Shown here: one piece after another, positions 10,986 through 23,871 of the stretch
Position numbering within the stretch: position 1 is the stretch's first letter
Layout: each line of letters begins with the position of its first letter
Assembly: GCF_963921235.1 (NCBI RefSeq)
Contig: NC_086097.1
Location: 128,962,001-129,026,000, forward strand
Length of the DNA stretch: 64,000 nt
From: Mobula hypostoma
Lineage: Eukaryota
Direction: 5' to 3'
Program-made: the position numbers and the translations under genes
The notes under the pieces: generated by a model
Database searches by the model: none
The model's input: the letters and a program-made list of their open reading frames with translations, nothing else
What the model was told of the DNA's origin: nothing

Positions 10986-13519
10986 CTGACAAACAGGCAA
11001 CAAATGCAAGATGTTCTTTATATCCCAAGGCCTCCCAAAATGTTTGACTTAAAATTTGCCCAGATGGCTTACACAATCAGTTGACTTAACAATGGCAGGA
11101 AAATAACATTAACCTCTTATTAGTTTAGGACCACAGAACTTCTGCTGAAATCTCATTGGGGAATTCTGCAAAGGAAATTCCACATGCTGTAGTCTATCAC
11201 TGAAAGGGTACAAACCATTTCACAATGAACTGCTGTTTCTCCTTAGTTGTAAAATGTCTAATATATTGATGCTAATTCTTATCCATAGGTAAGTGGATGA
11301 AGATTTAAAAAGAATATATGCTGGCAATCTAGAAGCAGAAAATGATGGAAACACTCAGCAGGTCATACAGCATCTGTGGACAAATGTCTGATTGCAGACC
11401 CGTCATTGTACAGGTGCTTCTTTGTGCGGTAACACTAATAATGCAGAATAATATGTAAAGTCTACCAAGAAAAGTGTTGTGCAGGCGAACGATAAAGTGC
11501 AAGATCATGATGATGTCAACTGTGGGGTCAAGAGTCTGTCTTATCATACAAGACGTCAGTTTTAGAATCTGATAACGTTGGGATAGAAGCAGACCTTGAG
11601 CCTGATGGTGCATGCTTTCAGTGTGCAAGTCTAGTATAATGATAAAATTCTAGTGTGGTAGTGAAGTCATGGATGCATTGAAACTACATTGAAGTCAATG
11701 GAACCAAACTGCAGTGATGAGTGCATCTAACAGCTGTCATCTTGCGACACTTAACCCTGATTAGTACAGACAAATGTCTCTTATTGTGACCTAAACCCAT
11801 AAGCACAGAAGAATAATTGGCAACAATATTCAAGGGATTCATTGGCCTGTTTTTTCCTTGTACTTAACTGGTACACATTCTGTTGTACACATTCTGCTCA
11901 GCAAGAGGTCATCATCAATCTTGACCAACATGGAACAGAAGTTCTCCAACTCTCCAGGACTGTCCTGGAATCACTAGGATCTACAGCCACAGAAACATAG
12001 ATCAGGGATAAGCCTGCACCACCATTCAACATCATCACAGCTGATCATCCAAATTCTTTGCATTATTCATATATGATCCTCATGTTCTTTATGTTCTAGC
12101 CCTAAGAACGATATCTAACTCCACTGTGAATATAGCTGGCTGCAACTGCTTTCTGTTGTAGAGTGTTCTGTGAGTTCACCACCCGAGAAGAGAAGACATT
12201 ACTTCTTATCTTAGTCTAAGATTGCTCTTATCTTTATCCGTAGAGGTCTAATAACCTATGATCTTGGACTTCCAAGCCACCCGGGGCATCTTTCTATATT
12301 TACTTTATCCAGTCCTGTTAAAATTTTAAGGGTTTTAATGAGATCCCCTTTCATTATACTTAACTGTGGCGAATATTGTCCTTATCAACCCAATCTCACT
12401 TTGTACGTCAGTTTTTCCAGGTCACAGATCAGTCCAGGAACTCCACAGAGAAAAAAAACTGTCGAAGCATGAAAGAGGTGGCATGGCATTTTTTTTCTCA
12501 TTTGAGAACATGTCTACTGACCAGTTATAGAAATATTGGAAATGGGAAAAGGAGGTCTGTTTGACTGGGAGAGGTGATGTGAAACTGAAGGGGGAAGGGT
12601 CAAGATACCTCTTGGAAAGTATCCAACAAAAGTTGGCAAGCAAAACTCCAGCCTATTGCTGCAGCATCTTTACTGGAAAGTTGATTTATTTCCCTGCCAT
12701 CCAGTACAATCACCTTGAATTAAGCAGGAAATATTTTGGGCAACGTCTTGCTCATGCCTAATTTTTAAGCTGCTGATAAGTTCCTTGAAGGTTGGAGGGC
12801 ACATTGGTTCACAAAGACAGGAGCATTCTAGCTCACAGCTCACAATGTAGTCGTGTACAACTTGCTCTGTCCCTGTGAGCCAGCAAGGTGTAATTGCTGT
12901 TCCGTGTTCAGGTTAATTAGTGGCTAATTAGTTATAGCAGATGCTCAGGTCAATGTTGCACTCAGAGTTACTTTCCTTTTAGTACTGATCAAGGTGAGGG
13001 CATCAGTGGTGAAAAGGAAAATACTTTCCATTTTCAGGGCCTCTTATGAGGGCTGTCATTCAGGCTAAGTGCGCTGTAACACATTACAGTGGTTACTCCA
13101 CAAGATGAGGCAATATGGCATCTAAATACGTGGATAGAAGATTGGTAAACCAAAAAACTATTTAGTTGGGATAACACTTTTCTAGTTAGCTGGTTATGTT
13201 TAAGTACAGGTACAGGAAGTAATTATAAAGACAACTGTAATGAAAGATCAAAAATAAAATTAAAGATGCTAGAGACAGAAAATGCAAGAAATACTTAACA
13301 GGTTAGTCAGTGTCTGTGGAGGGAGAAACAATTAATATTTCTGGTTCTATCCAAAACTGAGAAAGTTCCAAAACTGACTTGTTTTCTCTTTTCTCATTCT
13401 GACAAAAGGTCTCTGACCTGAAATGTCAACTGCTTCTCCTTCCAGATACTGTCTGACCTGCTGACTGTTTCCAACACTTTCTGATTTAATGAGAGGCAAA
13501 AAAAAAACAGCTTTTACTG

Positions 13520-14710
13520 CAAGAAGAGTAGAGTAAAAATACCTAGTCTTGCTAAGCCTGTACTGGTCAGACCACACCTCGAACACTGCATTTGATTTTA
13601 GTCTCCTTTGGCTCAGAAATAACATAGAGTATATTTTATGCAGAATGACTGAGCAGGTTAGGCCTATGTTTACTGACATTTAGAAGAATAAGCAGTGGCT
13701 TTATTGAAAAATAAAGGATTCTTCAAAGGCTTGACAGGGTAGATATTCAGGCTATGTCCATTGCTTTCTGAATGTGGCCATGCAATTAGATAGGTCATTA
13801 AAGAAGGTGCATGCATGCTTACTTTCATTGGTAGAGACATTAAATATCTGTCACATTGCAGCTATTTAAAACGTTGGTTGGGCTGCATTTGGCGTATGCT
13901 GTGCAGGAAGGATGTGGAGGATTTGAAAGGGTGCAGAAGAGATTTAGCAGGATGCTGCCTGGATTAGAGGGTATGAGTGATAAGGAGAGATTGTACAAAC
14001 TGGTGTTTGTTTTCTCTGGATTGTCAGCAGCTGAGGGGAGCCCTGATAGAAATCTATTAAATTATGAAAGGCAGAAATAGTGCAGACAGAATCTTCTTCC
14101 CTAAGGATAGAAATGTCAAGTAATAGAGGACATGCAATTAAGGGGAGAGAGGGGTAAGTTTAAAGAAGATGTGCAAGGCAAGTATTTTTACACGCGAAGG
14201 TGCCTGGAACAGACTGCCAGAGGAGACGGTTTGTGGTGAAAGCAAATATGATATTGATGTCAGGAGTCTGCCAGGTAGACTCATAAATATGCGGGGATTC
14301 TGGGGATATGGATCATGTTCAGGCAGAACAGATTTAGTTTAATTCGGCATTGGATTCAGCACACACATCATGGACTGAAGGACCTGCTCCTGTGTTGTTC
14401 TATTTAAGAAGGAACGTAGACCTAGGGCAGGCTCTCGGGATAGAGGTTTGCTGATGTAAGAGTGATATGAGGAGGAATATATTTTTTTTTCCCAAAGCAG
14501 AAGACTGTAATTCTTTGGACTTCTCTACTCCCAGAGAGCTGAGGAACAGTTAATGAGTATGTCACTGCACACGTCCTTAGCTGAGAGAGATTTGGACTGT
14601 AATTGTTATGGATATCTTACAGCAATGTGGAGTTGAGATCAAAAATTGAAACAGCCATAATCTTCATGAATGACAGCACCGATTCAAGTGGCTTACATCT
14701 ATTCTTTATG
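13520..14710 (+). mobile_element. Cluster of CR1 ORF2 3' fragments
   Basis: QLFKTLVGLHL..FERVQKRFSRMLPGLEGMSDKERLYKL plus CR1 3' tail. Confidence 0.8.
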
Positions 14711-15319
14711 TGCCGGTGTTCTCCGTTCAGCCCCCACCGTTTTCCATCATTCTTGCAATAATCTTACATCATATACTTGGACGTGTAGTGAAATGTGGAA
14801 TAGAGCACAGAGCTTGAGTTGAGACAAAGGGTTGATCATTAAGTCATTATTAGGTTCTTAATCGGCAAAACTAGTTTGAAGAGCCTTAGGCTGCTCGAGA
14901 TATGCTCAGCATGCCTGAGCTTACTGCTTGATGTTGGAGCCTGGTTAAGCAATGACTCTGTTTGGAAGTTGCTATCACATCCCACCATGGCCTCGTTCCC
15001 TCCCTGTCACCACACCACATGTGTATGCACTTCTCCAATCCTTGAATTAAATCATTCTACCGCGGGCAGCAAAGGGCTGGCCAACCCCTAAACACTCAAA
15101 CTGTTTTCTTAAGCATTTTTGCGTCTCATGCCTCTCTGAAAAGGCATCTTAGAGCTCAGCTCTCCAGGCAAGCAATCTGCCACCTGCCCAAATATCTCCT
15201 TTTATGACCCAGTGTTAGATTTGACTCATAAAGCTCCCGCAAAAATTCCAAGGTCTGTTTCACTTCCCTTCTGATTCCAAACACTTTGCACATTCCATCA
15301 TTTTCATAATGTCTACTGA

Positions 15320-16340
15320 GCAAACACGTCTGGAATATTGTATCCAGTTCTGGTCACCCCATTGTAGAAAGGATGTGGAGGCATTGGAGAGAATGCAGAA
15401 GAATTTTACCGGGATGCTGCCTGGATTAGAGGGCATGTGCTATAAGGAAAGATTAAACAATTTCTGGTTATTTTCTGAGAGTGTCAGAGGCTCAGGGAAG
15501 ATCTTACAGGGTATTACAACCATAAGCCCAGAAGACACAGGAGCAGAATTAGGCCATTTGGCCCATAGAGTCTGCTCCACCATTCCATAATTTATTATCT
15601 CTCTCAACCCCATTCTCATGCCTTCCCCCTATAACATTTACTGCCCTTACGCTACTCTAAACAGTGTTATATGAGGTCATTCTTACCCTTGGCAATTAGG
15701 CTCTATATTGAGTCAACCTATAGCGGGGAAATGATGATCCCCATCTGTTAGACTGTTTGAGGTAACTTATTTTTTACTCTTTCTACTTCTCTTTTAATAT
15801 TTATATCTGTGCACTTGTAATGCTACTGTGACACTGCAAATCTCTTTGAATCAATAAAGTATCTATCTATCTACAAACGTATGTACCTAATCAAGAAGCT
15901 ATCAACTGATTTAAATATACCCAGTGACTTGGGTTTTACAGCCTTCTATGGTAATGAACTCCAAAGATCCACCACCTTCTGGCTAAAGAAATTCTCCCTC
16001 ATCTCTTTTCTAAAGGGACTTCCTTATATTGTGATGCAGTGCCCCTCGTCCTAGACTCTTCCACTATTGGAAACATCCTCTCCACGTCCACTTTATCTAG
16101 GTCTTTCAATATTGGGTATGTTTCAATGAGATCCACCCTCATTCTTGTGAACTCCAGCAATAAAGTACCAGACCTATCAAATACTCATCATACGTTAACC
16201 GTTTCATTCCTGGGATCATTCTCATGAACCTCCTCTGGACTCTCTCCAATGCCAACACATCCTTTCGTAGATAAGGAGCCCAATACCGCTCACAGTACTC
16301 CAAACTGGTCTGACTAATACCTTATAAAGCCTCAGCAGTA
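15320..16340. mobile_element. CR1 fragments (+ at ~15320-15500, - at ~15520-16340) with a Rex1-type 3' end at ~15650-15873
   Basis: LEYCIQFWSPHCRKDVEALERMQK; caataaagtatctatctatct tail. Confidence 0.75.
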
Positions 16341-16508
16341 ACTGAAACTTGCTTCTCTCAAATTATTATCATGTGGTGATGCAATATTTCACATCAATAC
16401 ATGCTGCGTGGTGGTTAACTCAGAACTGATCCCGCTCACACCTCCTGAAGGCATAGAAGGAGACCGTATCGTCCATCAAGTTGTGTTATCTTTCAATCTA
16501 ATCCCATC

Positions 16509-16954
16509 CAGGGGTGCAGTGGTAGCCGGAGCGCTCTGAAATGCATTTGGCACCTCTTTAAGGAAAAAGCCAAAATAAACAAGCTAATTAATTAGGTGCC
16601 GCCTAGGGTGATTTGAGTCTGTCAGAAACTGCTGATCTCCTGGGATTTTTATGCACAACATACTCTGGAGTTTACAAAGAATGGTGCCAAAAACAAAAAA
16701 AAAATCCAGCAAATGGATTTAACAAGATGTTTTCGCTCACCGAACAGCCACTCACTGGATTTTTTTTTTGTTTTTAGCACATTCTTTGTAAACTCCAGAG
16801 TATGTTGTGCGTAAAAATTCCAGGAGATCAGCAGTTTCTGAGAGACCCACATCACCCTGGGTGGCACTTAATTAATTAGCTTGTTTATTTCAGCTTTTTT
16901 CTAAAAGAGGTGCCGAACGCATTTCAGAGTGCTCCGGCTACCACTGCACCCCTG
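16509..16954. mobile_element. hAT-ended foldback element with ~200-bp arms containing Tc1 transposase sequence
   Basis: Termini CAGGGGTGCAGTGGTAGCCGGAGC / GCTCCGGCTACCACTGCACCCCTG; perfect 8-bp TSD atcccatc (16501-16508, 16955-16962). Confidence 0.92.
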
Positions 16955-18309
16955 ATCCCATCAATATTATTGCCACAATTATTTCCCTGTAACCAATTTT
17001 TGCACACAATTGTAATATTTGCCCTTCCCAGTCTCATAACACACATCTACACTAGAGACAATTTATGGTAGTTAATTAACCTGGCAACCCATGCAGTCAC
17101 ACAAAAAAACATGTAAAAAGCGTGCAGAGGTGGCAGAATCAAACCCAGGTCACTGTAGCTGTGACAGCAGCATGAACTATACTGCCCCTTCCACTTAACC
17201 TACTCCCTAACATCCATTCCCATGAATCCTTTCAGTTTTTGCTTTTCTCAGTTTAAATATACCTCAGTGTGACGTTACTGCAGCTCGGGGCATCAGAGTT
17301 CGGAGTTCCATTTCCACTGGAAGGCGTCTCCCTGTGGAATGCATGGCTTTTCTTTGGGTGCTCTTTTTTTCTCCCACAGTCCAACATGGCTTGAGTGGCC
17401 AGAAACGCCTATTCTGCGTTGTTTCTCAATTAATTAATCGATCAATAAAATGCTTCCCGGACACGATTTCCTCCAATAACTTCAACTTATATTTTTTCTT
17501 ATTTGAATTTTAAACAATTTAATGTTAGAGGTCAATCATCTCTTTGCTAACTACAAAAAAATCACTGGAATTTTGATGCAGATGGCTGCAAGTCTCGACC
17601 CGAACTGGTCTTTTACCAGGCAATGATACTGAAACAGCACAAGAACTTTGAAACAATAACTCTTCATTTTTTTAAGAAGCATCATTACAAACATTCTGCA
17701 AGTCTAGGTCAATGTTACAAATGCTGTGTTCTAAATTTATTTGGGCCTATTGAAGCATGCATTATAATGACCTCAGATGGAAAACTAGTCTGAATGTATG
17801 CACTTCTGCCATGCAGAAAGCTTGCTTAGGATATGCTATTGCACTAGAACTTTCAATATTACTGCAAGGCCTTCCAATTCCTTACTGGAAGAATCATTAA
17901 ATCAAACAGAATTAGAGCTTTTAAGAACTAAAATGTTTGTTCTTCCTAACGACGTGATGCTACGCCTGGCAAGAATAATTATGAAGCAGCATGGATACTA
18001 GATACACTTCGTGAAAAAGCAATAACATAAAAAGCACATAAGACTGCACAGCAGTGAATAATAATATCATATGAATAACTGTGCCTTTTGCTATCACAGG
18101 AGAATTGAGTAGTCTGTGAAATTCTGACACTGATTGAACAGTGCAAACCGGGAAATAGGTAATTTGCTTAAGCAGTTGTCAGGTGAATAAACCACATTGA
18201 AATCTTCCTCTCAATATGATCACCAATGATCTCTTTCATTCCCAAACGTCCATCTTCACCTTCCACCCTCGCACTTAATAGGAAAAAGATGCAGAACTGT
18301 AACCAGGTA

Positions 18310-20177
18310 TGATTTGCGGAGGGCTACTTCAAGGGCAAAGAGACAAATTTGAATGAAGTTGCAGGCGACATCAGATGTACAACAACTCTGGCAGGGTTTG
18401 CAAGACATTACTTCCTACATAGCAAAACCAAATAGCATGAATGGCAGCGATACTTCACTACCAGATGAACTCACGCCTTATATGTCTGCTTTGAAAGGGA
18501 GAATACAGCTACAGCTGTGAAGATCCCTGCTGCACCCAATGACCCTGTGATCTCTGTCTTAAAGGTGATGTTAGGTTGTCTTTAAAGAGAGTGAACCCTC
18601 GCAAGGTGGAAGGTCCCTGGTAAGGCTCTGAAAACCTGTATCATCCAACTGGTGGGAGTATTCAAGGACATTTTCAACCTCTCACTGCTATGGGTGGAAG
18701 TTCCCACTTGCTTCAAAAAGGCAACAATTATACCAATGCCTAAGAAGAATAATGTGAGCTGCCTTAATGACTATCGCCTGTTAGCACTCACATCTACAGT
18801 GATGAAATGCTTTGAGAGGTTGGTCATGACTGGACTGAACTCCTGCCTCAGCAAGGACCTGGACCCATTGCAATTTGCCTCATGCCACAATAGGTCAAAG
18901 GCAGACACAATCTCAATGGCTCTTCACACGGCTTGAGAGCACCTGGGCAACACAAACACCTATGTCAGGATGCTGTTCATCGACTGTAGCTCAGCATTTA
19001 ATACAATCATTCCTACAATCCTGATTGAGAAGTTACAGAACCTGGGCCTCTGTACTTCCCTCTGCAACTGGATCCTTGACTTCCTAACCGGAAGACCACA
19101 GTCTGTGTGGATTGGTGATAACATCTCCTCCTCACTGACGATCAATACTGGTGCACCTCAGGGGTGTGTCCTTAGCCCACTGCTCTACCCTCTCTATACC
19201 CATGACTGCATGAGTCGCCATGGCTCAAATACCATCTATAAATCTGCTGACGATACAACCATCATTGGTAGAATATCTGGTGGTGACAAGAGGGCATAGA
19301 GGAGTGAGATATGCCAACTAGTGGAGTGGTATCACAGCAACAACCTGACAACCTGGCGCACAATGTCAGTAAGACAAAAGAGCTGATTGTGGACTTCAGG
19401 AAGGGTAAGATGAAGGAACACATACCAATCCTCATAGAGGGATTAGAAATGGAGAGAGTGAGCAGTTTCAAATTCCTGGGTGTCAAGATCTCTGAGGACC
19501 TAACCTGGTCCCAACATATCGATGCAGTTATAAAGAAGGCAAGACAGTGGCCATACTTTATTAGGAGTTTGAAGAGATTTGGTATGTCAACAAATACACT
19601 CAAAAACTTCTATAGATGTACCCTGGAGAGCATTATGGCAGGCTGCATCACTGTCTGGTACGAGGGTGGGGGCGGGGGGGGGGCGTGGTGCTACTGCGCA
19701 GGACTGAAAGAAGCTGCAGAGGGTTGTAAATTTAGTCTGTTCCATCTTGGGTACTAGCTTACAAAGTACCCAGGACATTTTCAGGCAGTGTCTCAGAAAG
19801 GCAGCGTCCATTATTAAGGACCTCCAGCACCAAGGGCATGCCCTTTTCTCACTGTTAACCATTAGGTAGGAGGTACAGAAGCCTTAAGGCACACACTCAG
19901 CGATTCAGGAACAGCTTCTTCCCCTCTGCCATCCGATTCCTAAATGGACATTGAACCCTTGGACACTACCTCACTTTTTTAATATATATTATTTCTGTTT
20001 TAGCATGATTTTTAATCTATTCAATATATGTATACTGTAATTGATTTACTTATTTATTATTATTATTTTTACAATTATTATTGCATTTTTTTTCTTCTAT
20101 ATTATGTATTGCATTGAACTGCTGCTAAGTTAACAAATTTCATGACACATGCCGGTGATAATAAACCTGATTCTGAA
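18310..20177 (+). mobile_element. Rex1/Babar non-LTR retrotransposon, 5'-truncated and frameshifted
   Basis: [46 protein letters not shown]; ends aataaacctgattctga. Confidence 0.9.
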
Positions 20178-20269
20178 TACCGAATTCTGAATAAAGGGGT
20201 AAAGGTAATTCAGGTATTTACATTGTTGAGAGTTTGCGTTGCATATCTTAAGTATTACAGGTAACATAG

Positions 20270-20620
20270 ATTAAGGCAATGAATGTGCATTATGCACACC
20301 TTCCCAAATCACTTTACAGTGAAGTACTTTTAAAGTTCAATAACTGCAATGATTAAAAGAAAACACATCAGCCAATATGCATTCAGCAGACTCCCACAAA
20401 CAACAGTGGGATAGATCCAAGGGTCATCTGCTGTTTGCGATCTAAATTCAGTGATACGATTTGGCTAAGGGACTATATTGTGTCAGGGGACCTTGAGAGA
20501 GTATATGAGGCATTAGTCTATTGTCCTCTCCAAAAAAAAATAGCACTCACGTGGTATCACATATCTGGATTCTCTGTCCAAGTCTCAAATGTAGGATGAA
20601 AACATGTAGCATACTTGTAC
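20270..20620 (-). mobile_element. DeuSINE-like (SacSINE1-type) SINE, degenerate
   Basis: Reverse-complement similarity to 29001-29385 (cagccaatatgcattcagcagactcccacaaacaacagtg). Confidence 0.6.
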
Positions 20621-21031
20621 AGCTATTCCACACGTGGCCACTGCTACTCTGAAACACCCTATAAATACAGGTGAACCATAGGGTAATAGTCCAGGTATCC
20701 CTTTCCTCTTCCTTGTCCATCACCTGTAAACTCCATCTTGCAGCACAAACAGATGGGCCACATTTGTACACAAAGATGAAATGCTAACTTACAGAGATTG
20801 TAATAGTTCCCAACTTATGTATGTGCCAAGCCTGATGAACCCCATAAAATATCTGTGCAAGAGAATCTTCTCCTAACAGCAACATATTTCTTCCTGGGAT
20901 GTCTCTATCAGACATCGTTGAAAGTATTTTTGATCTTCATTCAGCAATGTCCACCTTCTTTCTGTAAACCATCTCCAGCTCCAAGCAGAATTGCCAACAT
21001 GTGGGCAATATGGAAAGTTAACTCACTCAAA

Positions 21032-21655
21032 TAGTCGGGAGGAGAATGGGAGCAGCACACCGCGTGCGTGCGCAGCCCTCCAGTGAAAAATGATATCGTA
21101 TCTGTTAAATAGAGGCCGTGGACAATTCTGATTTGATGGAGAATGGAAGTGAAAGCACAGAGGAACATCTGGAGAAATTTCTGAAATGCTCGTTCGGTGC
21201 TGTCGTTACTGCATGGTCAGGAATCTTTCACAGGGTAGGCCTCAAAATCCCCGGCTTTGCCTGCTGTTGGCGACCAAGGCTGAGGCTGAATCGTTCGGAC
21301 AGAGATGGCGCTCAGTACTCGGTGTCGGAGAGCTGATCAGAGCTCGAAGTTTTCAGATGACTCGGAGTCGGACTGTGGTCGGCATGGCAGGGAGAGTTCT
21401 TCATTCTCCCGTCTGCGTGAGATGTGGGACATTTGAGAGACTTTGAACTTTTACTGTGCTCATGGACTTCTTCATCAAGTTATGGTATTGTTGCACTGTT
21501 GTAACTATATGTTATAATTATGTGGTTTTGTCAGTTTTTTCAGTCTTGGTCTGTCCTGTGTTTTGTGATATCACACCGGAGGAAATATTGTATCATTTCT
21601 TAATGCATGCATTACTAAGTGACAATAAAAGAGGACTACGTGTCTTCATAATCTA
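21032..21655 (+). mobile_element. Unclassified CpG-rich interspersed element with a retroposon-like 3' end
   Basis: Abrupt CpG-rich block, then a T-rich tail and tgacaataaaa as in the Rex1-type ends of this window; no credible ORF. Confidence 0.5.
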
Positions 21656-23289
21656 AATATTCCCCCTGCAATGGTTAACATCAGCCCTTCTAATTACTAC
21701 ACACCATAGCTGCATCAGGAATCTCTGTATTTATGCTTTTTGCTCTACACAACTCAACCTCACAGTGATCCAGGTCGAATGACTGCCCAAGAGGCAAATT
21801 TGTAACTAGGAGAGTCTATGAATGCCAGCTTCAGTATGATTTGACATCTACATCAGAATTTTCTGCACGAGTTGACAACACTCCATCATAGTGCCCTCAC
21901 TGACCATGAGAAGACAGTGGTGAGCTATCTCTGGACCAGCTCTGATGAAGGAGTTCCCACTGTGCTATTGGCGAGGGGATCACAGAAGTTAGACCCAGTG
22001 ACAAGGAAAGAAGATACTTCCAAGATAGAATGTTGTGAGTGGCAGAGGAGGGAAAATTTGTATATAATTCTGAATGAGCACAACTCAACAAATAATTCAA
22101 AGTTTAATATCAACAATAAAGAACTGTCAAAGTAATAATTGTGTCAGTAAAAATCCCAAAGTGTACGTACCCTTGCATCCAACAGTTCCTGCTGTTTTCT
22201 CTCAAAATGAAATATTTATTTAGTTCTAATGAGATTTGCCAATAGTTACGGAGAACTACATGTACAAGAAAACTTGTCAAACTGGAGTGTTACTCAACTG
22301 ATTAAATTCACCAATTTGGTTTGCTTAAGTAATAAATCATATTCCAGAACTATTCCAGTTGTCTAAAAATGTATTACAGCTTCAACAAAGAATGCAATCA
22401 GGTGATTATAGTTTCAAGACCAGTATGAAATGGCAAGCTCTAGTTGCAAAAGTTAAGCCTTTACCCCATTGACTGGGTGTCACTCATGATAAGATCACAC
22501 AAACCCCACAAACAGCAAAAGCCAAGTATTCGGCCTTGCACCAAATACATCTGACCTGCACCCTCAAGGCTGTAACTCTTAAGCAGAAATGAACAAGTTT
22601 TCAGTTTGTGACCCAGAAATTCTATCATGTTGTGCAAAGTGTATATGTACTACGTGATATAATTTTGATCAGGAAAAACTACCAGGAAAAAGGATTGGGA
22701 ATTCACTGTGGATCGAGATTTTTCTTCTTATTTGCTCTATGGCTAATATGCAAAGTTAGTGGTCCCCAGCATCACATACTGCAAGCCTGGATCCCAATCC
22801 CAATCTCTCTCCAGCCTTCTATATCACAAACATTGCCTGAAAGAAGTTTGAAAAACAGCACCTCACCTTTGGTCTAGTATGTCAAAGTCATTAGTACTTA
22901 ATAATGAATTTAATAATTTTTGGTAATCACTGTTTCTGAATCTCTCTCTCTGCAGATGGCTCTATCTCCATGTTACAAGTTGTTTCCTTTTTTGGTCCTT
23001 CCTGTCTCCGACTGCCCACTTTTTTAACTGTTACCTTGACAACTTTCACCTGCATCTCATCACAGACTTCCCTTCTGCTTTCTCCATAACATCCCCCACA
23101 CTACCTATCCATTCAAAAGCACCCTTACTGTGAAACATCGATCCAGTTTCCCTGTAGACATCTCATGAACTGCTGAGTACTTTTAGCAACCTTTGCTTGA
23201 CAAACTCTTAATGTCGGGTCCTCTCAAGGTTATGCCAGGGCTACCTTCATGTGTACGGTTTGGTAACTGAACATTTGGGGTAGGCACTT

Positions 23290-23871
23290 ACATTTCCAAC
23301 TTGCCAAATGATTTACGGCTCTGCAATATTCTTTCAATTTCTTGATGATTGTTTCAACTGTACTGCAAGGGATATTCAGTGATTTGGAAATTTTCTCGTA
23401 TCCATCGCCAGACTTGTGCTTTTCAATAACATTTTCGCGGAGTTGCTTGGAGTGTTCTTTTCTCTTCATGGCGTAGTTTTTTGGCAAGATACTGACTCGC
23501 CAGCAGTTGGACTTTCCAGATACAGGTGTATATTTATGACAATCATTTGTAACACCTTGAGTGCACATAGGTCTCTGAAAACAGATCTCTATTTAACTAA
23601 TTATCTGACTTCTAAAACCAATTGGCTGCACCAGAGATGATTTGGTGTGTCATATTAAAGGGGGGTTAAATATTTACGTCATGATGTTTTATATTTGCAA
23701 TTTAATTTAGATCACAGTCGAGGTCTGTTTTCACTTTGACATGAAAGAGTCTTTTTCAGTTGATCAGTGTAAAAACAAGCCAAACTAAATCTACTGTGGC
23801 TCAATGTTGTAAACCAATAAAATATGAGAACTTCCAAGGGCGGGGGGGGGTGAATACTTTTTATCGGACTG
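23290..23871 (-). mobile_element. Tc1-family transposon, 5' part (TIR plus transposase N-terminal HTH)
   Basis: TA|CAGTCCGATAAAAAGTATTCACCCCC terminus; MKRKEHSKQLRENVIEKHKSGDGYEKISKSLNIPCSTVETIIKKLKEY from ATG at 23469. Confidence 0.9.

Noticed and set aside
20790..20961. Minus-strand exon candidate ending at a GTAAGT donor
   Set aside because: In-frame stops with the acceptors and phases I tried
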